From Octopus vulgaris (lineage: Eukaryota), in assembly GCA_951406725.2 (NCBI GenBank), contig OX597816.1, positions 45,818,001 through 45,882,000 on the forward strand: a stretch of DNA of 64,000 nt, written 5' to 3'. Shown piece after piece: positions 51,625 through 63,639 of this stretch; the first letter of the stretch is position 1, and each line of letters opens with the position of its first letter. Both the position numbers and the translations under genes were made by a program. The notes beneath the pieces were generated by a model. It had not been told where the DNA came from. It searched no databases and saw only the letters and a list, made by a program, of their open reading frames with translations.

Positions 51625-51886
51625 CGGTTGTAAGATTGTGGTTTTGATTCCCAGACCGGACGTTGTGAGTGTTTATTGAGTGAAAACACCTACAAGCTCC
51701 ACGAGGCTCCGGCACGGGGTGGTGGCGATCCCTGCCGTACTCTTTCGCCACAACTTTCTCTCACTCTTTCTTCAGTTGGCCTGCTCGCTTAGCCAGGTGG
51801 GTGGCACCATTTCAAGGCTAAAACAATGTGAAGCGCATTGTGACCAGCGATGTGTGGCAACATCTGATAGCCTGGTGAGTCACAGT
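51623..51886 (+). mobile_element. SINE: body X + tail T1 (5'-truncated)
   Basis: Matches 14981-15270. Confidence 0.85.
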
Positions 51887-51888
51887 GC

Positions 51889-51928
<40 letters not shown>

Positions 51929-51974
51929 TGTATATACAAATATATATACACATACATAATGCACATGCATGCTT

Positions 51975-52016
<42 letters not shown>

Positions 52017-52584
52017 GCAGGAGCAGTACCTATCCATTACCTCATCACACACTGGCAGGGAGTAATTATTAATACCTAAAATAATACAATCACATGAATT
52101 CACTACATTTTCGACAAAGGAGGGTGGCCGACAATCTTCAGTTGGTCCTCAATTTTACTCAGAGAAGCTACATCGAAGCCATTCAGAATGGGGTTTCAGT
52201 TTGACAATTACCCAAAAAAAACACCCTATTGCAGTCATGTTGGACCACTACTTTGAAGGGTTAAATGAAACAAATCAACTTCAGACTAATTTAATTAAGC
52301 CTGATACTTATTCTCTTTTTTTTTTTTTTGCCAAACCACTAAGTTATGGGATGTAAACAAACCAAATCAGGTTCTCAATCAGTGGTGGGGGAACAACACA
52401 GACACAACATGTACGCACAAACATAACAGGCTTCCTCCAGTTTCCATCAACTAAGTCTATTCTCAAGGTTTTGGTTAGCCAGAGGTTATAGGTGCTATGC
52501 AGCACGATTGAACCGAAGACCACATGGCTGGGAAGCAAGCTTCTGAACTACAGAGCCATGCCAGTTTCACAGAAATGTGTGCCT

Positions 52585-52800
52585 AAGGCAGCGAGCTGGC
52601 AGAAAGGTTAGCACACCGGGCGAAATGCTTAGTGGTATTTTGTCTGCCACTACATTCTGAGTTCAAATTCCGCTGAGGTCAACTTTCATCCTTTTGGGGT
52701 CGATTAAATAAGTACCAGTTACGCACTGAGGTCAATATAATTGACTTAATCCGTTTGTCTGTCCTTGTTTATTCCCTCTGTGGGCAGTAAAGAAATAAGA
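52585..52800 (+). mobile_element. Family-B SINE that seeds the tandem array
   Basis: AAGGCAGCGAGCTGGCAGAA head; TSD AGAAATGTGTGCCT upstream (52571-52584) and downstream. Confidence 0.9.
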
Positions 52801-53718
52801 AATGTGTGCCTCAATGCAAAATATCAACCACCAAAGTGCAAAACTGTGACCCACAGATAAGTACCAGTTACACACTGGGGTCAATATAATTGATTTAATC
52901 TGTTTGTCTGTCCTTCTTTGTCCCCTTATGGGCAGTAAAGAAATAAGAAATGTGTGCCTCAATGCAAAATATCAACCACCAAAGTGCAAAACTGTGACCC
53001 ACAGATAAGTACCAGTTACACACTGGGGTCAATATAATTGACTTAATCCGTTTGTCTGTCCTTGTTTATCCCCTCTGTGGGCAGTAAAGAAATAAGAAAT
53101 GTGTGCCTCCATGCAAAATATCAACCACCAAAGTGCAAAACTGTGACCCCACAAATAAGTACCAGTTACGCACTGGGGTCAATATTATTGACTTAATCCG
53201 TTTGTCTGTCCTTCTTTGTCCCCTCTGTGGACAGTAAAGAAATAAGAAATGTGTGCCTCTATGCAAAATATCAACCACCAAAGTGCAAAACTGTGACCCC
53301 ACAGATAAGTACCAGTTACGCACTGGGGTCAATATAATTGACTTAATCCGTTTGTCTGTCCTTCTTTGTCCCCTTATGGGCAGTAAAGAAATAAGAAATG
53401 TGTGCCTCTATGCAAAATATCAACCACCAAAGTGCAAAACTGTGACCCCACAGATAAGTACCAGTTACGCACTGGGGGTCAATATAATTGACTAAATCCG
53501 TTTGTCTGTCCTTTGTCCCCTCTGTGGGCAGTAGAGAAATAAGAAATGTGTGCCTCTATGCAAAATATCAACCACCAAAGTGCAAAACTGTGACCCACAG
53601 ATAAGTACCAGTTACGCACTGGGGTCAATATAATTGACTTAATCCGTTTGTCTGTCCTTCTTTGTCCCCTTATGGGCAGTAAAGAAATAAGAAATGTGTG
53701 CCTCGATGTGACCCACAG
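52708..53718 (+). repeat. Tandem array of ~149-bp units (7 copies of SINE 3' half + TSD + flank)
   Basis: ATAAGTACCAGTTAC starts at 52708, 52857, 53005, 53155, 53305, 53454 and 53601 (periods 147-150). Confidence 0.97.
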
Positions 53719-53959
53719 CCAGAAACTGAGATACATAGATATACATTCACTTTTATACAGAGAGATAATACAAGGAAACAAACAAGCAAAGAGAAAAAAA
53801 ATTGCCATGCTGGCAGAAAGAAACCTATAATAACATTTAAAAAAGTTGTGTGTATGTGTGTGTGTACATTAGACTGACAGGTGGGTAAAGGAGGCGAGCA
53901 GAGTAAAAAGAGAGTAGTAGTAAGAGGAAGAGGTATGAGAGAGAAGACACAAACACACA

Positions 53960-54082
53960 CACACTTTATATATATATATATATATATACACACTTTATAT
54001 AAATATATATACACACACATACTTTATATATATATATATACACACACATACTTTATATAAATATATATACACACACATACTT

Positions 54083-54119
<37 letters not shown>

Positions 54120-54257
54120 ATATATACACACACACTTTATATAAATATATATACACACACATACTTTATATAAATATATATACACACACATACTTTATAT
54201 AAATATATATACACACACATACTTTATATAAATATATATACACACATACTTTATATA

Positions 54258-54260
<3 letters not shown>
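53960..54260. repeat. ~30-bp minisatellite (ACTTTATATAAATATATATACACACACAT)n
   Basis: ACTTT punctuation recurs about nine times between variable TA/CA runs. Confidence 0.85.
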
Positions 54261-54299
<39 letters not shown>

Positions 54300-54960
54300 T
54301 ACATACATACATACATACACACACACACATATATAAATATATGTACAAACAGATAAACAGACACACATATTTATGTACATATGTATAGTCAAGAGAGAAA
54401 GATTATACAGAGAGGGAGGGAGAGAGAGAAGTAAGAGGAAAGAGTCAAAGAAAGTGGATGATCTACATCAATAAACTCCAGCTGGTGACCTGCTTTCCCA
54501 CCCTCCCTGCCTGCTCATCCCACTCCCCACCATATTAGTAGGCATCATATTACCATGGCAACTCAAGCGACTATGCCCCTCCCCCTTTCCTCTACCACAC
54601 AGTTGCTAAGGCAACAAGCCAGCCAGAAGTTAAGTTTGCTTTATCTATTGAATAATAGTAATGAAATAATAGTAATGAAATGCCACTTAACAACCAAATA
54701 AGCCTCCTGGAAATAGAGGTAACCCTGATGACGACGATGATGATGATGATTATCATCATCATGATGTTGTGGTGGTGGGGGGGTTGATTAAGAACAGAGG
54801 GGTCCTTTATGTGTGCACACATGCACATGTGAGTATGTGTCATGTAATGCATGGGGAGCATATGGCACGTGTTTAAATGGATGAGTGCGGGGGTTTTGAC
54901 TGAGTGTATGTGTGAGCAGGCTCTGCAATGCGCATATGTGTAAGTATATGCGTGTGTGCA

Positions 54961-55008
<48 letters not shown>

Positions 55009-55151
55009 AATTAAGGACTGAACACGAAAAAGTGGACAGTCAACATGCTAGATATAGACGTCAAATCGCCATTCTCCACAAAAAGTCTATGTTCTCAGAT
55101 CAAACTCAACACAAAACAATATATATATAAAACCCTCAATTTATGTATGTA

Positions 55152-55187
<36 letters not shown>

Positions 55188-55420
55188 CACACATGAGTAT
55201 ATGTATCCAGGTGTGTGTGTGTGTGTGTGTGTGTGTACAGAGCAGCTGTTAAATGATGATGATGATGTGTGTATGCTCCCCACCCTCATCAAAGGAACTT
55301 GAATGTAAGCCTTGTGTAACCTTATAATAAAAATTAAGGTTGATACTGTGTGTGTGTGTGTATGTGTGCATATGTGTATGTGTATTCATATGTGTGCGTG
55401 TGCATATGTGTGTGTGTGTG

Positions 55421-55460
<40 letters not shown>

Positions 55461-55984
55461 TTGTACACAGAAGGAAGTATACTTGACAAATAGGTGCACA
55501 AGGGAAGACTTGTATGTACCCAGGTACATGGAAGTGCTCATGTGACTGCACAGTGAAGAGGGGAAGAGAGCCTGGGTGCAAGTCTATAATAGCAGGAGAG
55601 AGACAGACAGACAGAATGCGAAAGAGCTAATGCAAAAGTAAATAAGGGAGAGAGAGAGGGTACTTTTACAGAGGAGACACTCAGAGCGCTTGCTTAAAGT
55701 GTTTGTGGGTGGAAGTGTACAGGAGTGTGTGTATATGTTAATGCACAAGAAAGTGTGTGCATATGTGAGTAAAAAAAAAAAAAAGGGAATATTATTCAAA
55801 CCGAATTAACTATGGTGGAGATGATAGTAGTAGTGGTGGTAGTGGTCATAGAACTTAGTTGAAAACAGGGCCCTTAGGAATACTTCAAAATCAGCATTGC
55901 AAGCTAATAAAATTGTCAATAATTGAACAGTGCTTGCACACTTTTGAACGGTTGTAGATGGATGAATTCACGGGGTAAAAAGAC

Positions 55985-56520
55985 CACCAGTGTGTGAGCA
56001 ACAATGGAGTAACATATAACCACTGTTATATGTAACAGCTGCGAGTGCTATAATGGGTTGACCAGGGTTAAGAGACACACCGTCTGTGGGCAATGATGAA
56101 GCGATCCGGAATACTATGAGCAATGACATGGTAAGAAGAGGTAACAGACAGGATAACAAGGGCACCCTGTGAGCAACGATGGTGAGCATGTAACCAGTGT
56201 GTGCAATAATGGGGTGACCAGGATTACGAGACAAACATCCTGTGAGCAGTGCTGAAGTAATCCTGAGCATAATGGGCAATTGCAAGAAGTGGTGACAGAC
56301 AAGCACTCTATGAGCAACAACAAGATGAGGACACCCTGTGAGTAATGATGGGGTAATATATGACTACTATGTTTACACTAATGAGGTGACATAACCATAG
56401 CATGTGCAATAATGCAGTGATCAGGGTTAAGATACAAATACTCTATGAGCAATGATGGAGAAACCACAGTACTATAAGCGGAGACAAACAAGCACTCTAT
56501 GAGCAATGATGGTATAACCA
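55985..56520. repeat. Degenerate tandem repeat, about three ~170-180-bp units built from TRTGRGCAAYRATG sub-repeats
   Basis: GTGAGCAACAATGG / CTGTGAGCAACGATGG / CTGTGAGTAATGATGG unit starts near 55990, 56167 and 56336; TGACCAGGGTTAAGAGACA-like block three times. Confidence 0.7.
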
Positions 56521-57181
56521 ATTCAAGACCATACAGTTTTTTCTCTGTGTGTATACAGCATGCATTATTTAATGTCCTTCTATTTCTCAAGATGTCTGAT
56601 AAGTAGGAGATTTGGCTGTTATTTTTTAGCAAAGCAAGCAACTTCCTAGAACAGATATGAGCAAGTTTTTTTGAGGAGCAGGCCACACAAGACATGGCTT
56701 ACATCAGGCAGGCAGCACAACAAAATAAAATTCAAGGTAATTTTCCATTAGCTGCGCCATTCAAAAAGTCTTGCAGGCCCATGAATGCCCTACTGTCTTC
56801 TACATTATCTGTACTGAGCTCTAACTATTCTTGTTGTTTAGCAGAAGGTTAGCCCTAGTTGAACAGATCTGTGATCAAAAGTATTTCTATCATAACAATC
56901 GTATATTACCTAATGCAATGCAATCCAATGCAGACCCAGTTACCAATTTCAGACAATAATGTCAAATTTGAGATTCCCATAAATAGTTACATGACATTCT
57001 TTGTGTAGGCAACGGTGATGAAATTTGTTCAGAATTCATCCTGCAAAACCATTAGAATAATTTTGCATAATTAGGTGCACATTTCACCAGTAGAGGAAGT
57101 TCCCTCCAACAGTAGTCTAGTGTCCTATTCCAAGACAGATTTATTTCTTATCTAGTTTAACAGTGAGTTGTATACCAATCT

Positions 57182-57505
57182 CAAGGCACATGGCTCAATG
57201 GTTAGGGTATTTGAGTCATGATCATAAGATCATGTATCCGATATCCAGTGGCATATTGTGTGTCTGAGCAAAATACTTTATTTCTCATTGCCCCAGTCAA
57301 CTCAGCTGGTGAAAATGAGTAGTACTTGTATTTCAAAGGGTCACTTTTGTTAGATTCTTTGTCACACTGAATCTCCCTGAGAACTATTTTAAGGGTACCC
57401 ATGTCTGCAGAATGCTTCGCTACTTGCAAGTTAATTTCACAAGCAGGCCGTTTCATTGATTGGATCAACCAGAACACTTATCATCATAACCAACAAAGTG
57501 CCAGC
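57182..57505 (+). mobile_element. SINE: body Y + tail T2
   Basis: AAGGCACATGGCTCAATGGTTAGG head; GAGCAAAATACTTTATTTC body; GTTAATTTCACAAGCAGG...GGATCAACC tail as in 27768-28084. Confidence 0.78.
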
Positions 57506-58045
57506 TTTAGTATACCAATCTTGTAGAATTTCGTAGTAATTTAGAGAAAAACAAAAGCAGCTATCATATTATTTACAACAATGAACAAGTTGTACCCGCT
57601 TATGGTACCTACCTATTACTAAATAGAACTAAGAGACACAGAGGCAGTGGCCAAGGTGAGGGGGGCATCTTAGCTACAGATACCACTCAACACTTAGATC
57701 AGAATAGAAAACACCATCACCATTCTGAGACCAGTGGTCAAATTATGAAACCCACAACCACCTCTACCAAGCAACCCAGCTGATTCTAGCTATTTAGTGT
57801 TAACCAATGAGAAGAAAAGACTTTATCTATGAAATAATATTCTACATACACTCTAAGGAACAGGACTAAATAATAATGGATGATAAACATGATGGTGCTA
57901 ATTATTATTGTTGTTGTTGTTACTGATAAGGATGAGTATAGAGTGAATAAGATAGGGGGGGGCTAAATTTTTTTTTCTCGGTATAAATAATATATTTTGG
58001 TGGCAGTAGTGGTAGTTTGGTGGGGAGGAAGGCAAAAATGTTAGT

Positions 58046-58194
58046 CGTCACTTAGCGGTTCGGCAAAAAAGACCGATAGAATAAGTACTGGGCTTACAAA
58101 GAATAAGTCCCGGGGTCGATTTGCGCGACTAAAGGCGGTGCTCCAGCATGGCTGCAGTCAAATGACTGAAACAAGTAAAAGAGTAAAAGAGTAA
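58046..58194 (+). mobile_element. 3' half of young family-A SINE
   Basis: Near-identical to 29021-29170. Confidence 0.9.
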
Positions 58195-60406
58195 CTGGAT
58201 CAATACCCTCCCTCACCTCACTCCAATACTTGACTACTCCTTCTGATGGATGAAAGGCTGAAGCCGACCCAGGCAGGATTTGAACTCAGGATGCAAAGAG
58301 ATGCAACCAAATAGTGCACGTACATTTTGTCCAGCTCTCATCCAATTCTACCACTCCACCACCATCGTCCAAGATACCGAAACAGATACCAACAGTCTAT
58401 ATACTGACTGACTGCATGTAAGAAAACTAGTCACAGAGCAAGTCCTTCCTTCATACATATTTATGGCAATTCCAAGTTTAGAAGTTAGAGTCAGCAATAG
58501 TAGTAGCAGCAGTAACAATAGTAGTAATTAGTAGAAGTAGTAATAACAGATGTGACAGTAGTGATGGTGAGGCAGTCACAAGGAATTATCTATCATCCAG
58601 TGAACCAAGAAGCAAAAGCAGCAACACATTCCGTGATTTTCTCCTCTCATTAAGAAAAATCAATAGATTTGCTGGTTGTCAGGTAGAATTCTTCATTCTC
58701 TTGCATTGCCTTGCAATTCACTTTCATTACACAGCAGTTGGCATTGTAAATACCGCTTAGTGCTACGTCCCAACCACCATTCACTGCCAAAGCTTAGGCA
58801 GCAAATCCCCCACCCCCACCACTTTTCTTTTTTTTTCTATTTTTTTTCCTCTTTGTTCTAGCCAATAACGGAGCCTCAAGGTGGTTGTTCATTTTGCTAG
58901 AATTAGTAAACCCAGCAAAATCTCCTCCCTCAAATTACACTCAAACGGCACCCTCCTCCCAACCTCAAAAAATAAATTAAATTAAATGAGCGACAAAGAG
59001 CACGGTTGATAAATTAGTCCTACATGCACTGAGTCCCAGGAAAAGAAAAACGGCATGGTCAAAGCCAAAATGCTTTTTCATCATCAAACTACTTGAACTT
59101 AGACCTAACAACAACCTTTTCTTTTATTATTTATTATTTACAAATTGAATACAGGTGCAGTTATAGACATGTGTTTTAGAAGTCTCCCTGAGAACCATAT
59201 GACTCTAGGGCTTGTAGCAACCACATGGACACTGTTTGCTGTCATCTATAATAGGCTGCAGGGTTGACCAATGATTTTGAGTTTGAAATTTGGTAAACAG
59301 AATCTGGAAGAAGCCCTTGTGGGCTTAGGAGACACATAAACATGCATGTGTGACTGTGTATGAGTTTCACCTCACGCTGAAAGATACCATGCTAATTGTA
59401 AACAGAAGTCACTGTTATACAAAAACAGTGTCAGTCGATTGCAGTTCTCTGCAAAAGCTTGTCTAGGTAACTGTAATGTCTGGAATTCAAAGGACTAAGA
59501 TTTTTTGCAAAACAACTTGCAGATGCAAGTGCTACCAGTTGAAAGCTCTGCATACCAGATGCTAGCTAGTTTATGAGGTCATCAGGAGTGGATGCATGCC
59601 ATTCCGGGACCTTCTTCTCGGTGGTATCATTGCGCACAGCCCCTCCATCCTAAATGAGGCCCCGCTTGCTAGATCAACTGGTTATTATGTTTTACTCAAT
59701 ATTCTTCTAGCCATATCTCATCATCACTTTTTAACCAAATCCAGTGGCTTGTCTTGTCTTGCCATCACCTACAAACTTAGTAGGATGGAACGAATCAGAA
59801 ATTAATAAACACAGATGCAGAAAAGTTGGAACACTGAAACATGCTAATTTTAAACAGAAGTCACTGCCATACAAAAACAGCATCATTTGTTTGCAATTCT
59901 CTGCAAAAGTTTGTCTGGGTAACTAAAATGTCTGTATTAGGAAACATGTGAAAACAACTTTGCCTGGACTTGTGCCTTGGAGGGAAACTTCCTAGGTGCA
60001 AACCCATGGTCATTCATGACTGAAGAGGGTCTTTACTCTTTACCCTTTGAATTAATCATACATTATCTCACAGGTTCTAGACTTCAATGATGTGATTGCT
60101 TATTTTTAGAATGACACTGTAAGGTAGGTATAAGAAACTGGAACTAACAGGTAGGATAATTGGTCAGATATGGCCAGTTTCAACGCTGAAGGGATAAACA
60201 TTAAACGGCTTCACAGGCTAAATTATTATGTGGTTCAGGGATTAGACCACACCTCGCAACACTGTCTTCTTCACTAGCCTCTGATCAGCCAAAGACAAGT
60301 GGATGACATGCCATAGGTCATAGCTATAGCTCTTTCTCCTCAGGCTTGACCCACAAAAATATAAATAAAAATAAATTAAGAACCCCATCCAAACTCTTAA
60401 ACAGAA

Positions 60407-60755
60407 TCATCATCATCATCATCATCTTCATTTAGCGTCCGCTTTCCATGCTAGCATGGATCGGACGGTTCAACTGGGGTCTGGGAAGCCAGAAGGCTGC
60501 ACCAGGCCCAGTCTGATCTGGCAATGTTTCTATGACTGGATGCCCTTCCTAACGCCAACCACTCTGTGAGTGTAGTGGGTGCTTTTTACGTGCCACCAGC
60601 ACAGGTGCCAGACGAGGCTGGCAAACAGCCATGATCTGATGGTGCTTTTTACGTGCCACTGGCACGGAGGCCAGTCGGGGCGGCACTGGCAACGGCCACG
60701 TTCGGATGGTTCTCTTACGTGCCACCGGCACTGGTATCGCAGCTACGATGTCCAT
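60407..60755 (-). mobile_element. RTE LINE 3' end
   Basis: Colinear with 31291-31650. Confidence 0.92.
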
Positions 60756-61092
60756 TAAGGAAAATAAGAAAATATTTAAAACTATTAAATCTTAATTGAG
60801 AAGCACCAATAAGTATGAAATAAGTCTGTTACATGAATACAAATATAGTTATAACACAAGAGGTAAAAAAAAAAAAAACAATCTCTAGAATAGAAAAAAG
60901 AAGCATTTAATTTAAATTGCTGAAAACTGGAGAGTAACTTTGGTATAATGTTATCACAGCTATCAGGGATATGGTAGATGCATATCTCAAGCATCACATG
61001 TGGATATCAATGCCCCTCCTCCTAGGCATGTTTTTTACAACCTACATATCATAAACTGTCCTTTATAGCTAGATTAACATCTGAGATAGCTC

Positions 61093-61930
61093 TTAACTTT
61101 TTTGATACCAACCCACCCAAGACCACTCAAGGTTCTATGATGCAAAATTGCTGTTTTGTAGTGACTTAACCCTTTCGTTACTGTATTTATTTTCAGATGC
61201 TCTGCGTTTCTTCCAATTATTTTAAATATAACAAAGAATTTAGTAAAATAACATCGTTATCATTAAGCTAGTTTTAGGAACATGAATTGTGACTAAGGTT
61301 TGGTGGGAGATTTTAATTCAGAACTTTTGAAAACCAGACATGTACGAAAGACCCAGAACCGGTTTCAGCCGAGTTGGTAACGAAAGGGTTAAAGACTTCC
61401 AACAAAATTTCCTTGTTAATCCAAAGAATGGATTAAATAAGACTTATTTAAAATTAAGCTTTACTACAATATACTTCATTAACTCTTGAGCATTTAACCC
61501 TTTAGTGTTCGCATTATTCTGCCAAAATTAAAGCTTTTTCATCCACATTGTTTTGAATTAATCATGCATTATCTTGTAGCTATGAGATTTTGATGAGGTA
61601 GCTGTTAATTTTTAAAACAACATTGTAGGGTTGGTGTGAGAGACCAGATCTGACCATTTTGAACATAAAACAGGCAGAATACTTTTGGCCGGATATGGCC
61701 GGTTTAAATGTTAAAGTGTTAAACCAGCCATATCCAGCCAAATTATTCTACATGCTTTAATTTCAAACTGGCCAGATCTTGCCCCTCCCTCCTACCCTAT
61801 AATGTCATTCTAAAACAAATAATCACATCATCAAAATCTCAAAGTAATATAATAATGCTTGATTAATTCAAAACAACATTAATTAATAAGTATTACATTA
61901 GAAAGAATAATCTGAATGCTAAAGGATTAA
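61093..61930. mobile_element. Cluster of four TTAA MITEs arranged as two nested pairs
   Basis: M2 61166-61392 inside a 44080-type element; M1 (+) 61494-61722 inside M1 (-) 61479-61930. Confidence 0.8.
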
Positions 61931-63182
61931 ATATTTAACACTTAACACTTTTTGTTTTATTAAATATTTAAGACTATGCTTCACAACAAACGTGCTATGA
62001 CTATAGATAGGTATTGGTGACCATGAACTTTCAAACCTCTCTGCCCTGCACACAACTCAAAGCATTAATGGTTAGGCCATAAATGTTTTCTACTCTGTTT
62101 TGTCTAAGTCTAAATCCTTTAGCCACTGTAGATATGGTTGAACAGGGTAAATAAAACCCTTCAGTCATGAATGACCATGGGATTGCACCTAGAAAGTTAC
62201 CTTGCAAGGCACAAGTCCGGGCAAGGTTGCTTATGGAAGACCAACAGTTACCTATGCATACCAGCCTCCCCTCTCCATGCTATTGATGTCATCCAAAGAA
62301 AGGTAAAACAGCAATACAACTTGGCACCAGTGACGTCACAACTTATTTCCACAGCTGAGTAAACTGGAGCGATGTGAAATAAAGTGTCTTGCTCAAGAAC
62401 ACAACACACAGCCCAGTACAGGAATCAAACTCACTGTCTCATGATTGCGAGCCTGATGCTCTGACAATTATCACACTAATGGCAATTATTTAGCAAGATA
62501 TAGTGTCCGCAATTGTCCTCCTATCTCCAGGCATTAAGCCTGTCCTTTTCCTTTAATGACATGTCAATTTTGGAGGATGCTTGACTCATGAGATTATCTC
62601 TTCTTCCCAAGTAGAGCTGATCCTAAAAATGCCATTTGATAAGTATAATAACTTCTCTAGAAGCAAAGATAATTTTAGTAAACCAAGAATCTATGCTGTA
62701 TGGCATTTGATATACTGACAGTTATTTAGTCCTTTTGTAGCCAGCTGGTTTAGGCTTCAAGTGACTTGTTACAGTCAACCCCACCCAACCACACCATCAC
62801 CACCACCAGGCCCAGCTTCCTTTCAGTTACCCTGGTTGTCATCAAGTGCTTAAGGTGTCTATCTTCTCATATGGTGTTCAATGAACTAATCCAGATACCT
62901 ATCTCTTTATACAGCTAAGATTCTTTCTGTTGGCTTTTGCATTTGTCCTTCTGTACAAAATATCTTCAGCATTCATCTAAGGAGTCACATCTGATGTTCC
63001 AAGTTATATAACAATATGTGTTATCTGGAACATCCCTACATATATGGTTTACTACAATATGCTTCACAAAGTATTTAAAGTGATGGGGCCAATTTGATCA
63101 ACTAAAGTTTTTGAAGTCATGGCCCTACATGGCCAAAGCACAAAGACTTAAGATCATAAAAATAAAATGAAAAAGATATATA

Positions 63183-63353
63183 GGCGCAGGAGTGGCTGTG
63201 TGGTAAGTAACTTGTTTACCAACCACATGGTTCCGGGTTCAGTCCCACTGCGTGGCACCTTGGGCAAGTGTCTTCTACTATAGCCTCAGGCTAACCAAAG
63301 CCTTGTGAGTGGATTTGGTAGACGGAAACTGAAAGAAGCCCGTTGTATATATG

Positions 63354-63384
<31 letters not shown>

Positions 63385-63597
63385 TTGTGTGTTTGTGTGT
63401 CTGTTCCCCTAGCATTGCTTGACAACCGATGCTGGTGTGTTTATGTCCCCGTTACTTAGCGGTTCGGCAAAAGAGATCGATACAATAAGTACTGGGTTTA
63501 CAAAGAATAAGTCCCGGGGTCGAGTTGCTCGATTAAAGGCGGTGCTCCAGCATAGCCACAATCAAATGACTGAAACAAGTAAAAGAGTAAAAGAGAG
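63183..63597 (+). mobile_element. Young full-length family-A SINE
   Basis: Consensus head, B box, GTGGCACCTTGGGCAAGT core-like motif, (GTAAAAGA)n tail. Confidence 0.93.
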
Positions 63598-63604
63598 AGC
63601 AAGA

Positions 63605-63639
<35 letters not shown>

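Noticed and set aside
52708-53718. CRISPR array
   Set aside because: Intervening segments are near-identical rather than unique spacers, the unit is SINE-derived, there are no cas genes, and the context is eukaryotic
60952-60962. miR-2-like seed TATCACAGC
   Set aside because: Match stops after the seed and no hairpin partner is visible
62840-63070. Possible exon in unique-looking sequence
   Set aside because: Minus-strand translation has stops and weak RTE-like remnants (LLR*MLKI, HHMRR); more likely an old LINE fragment
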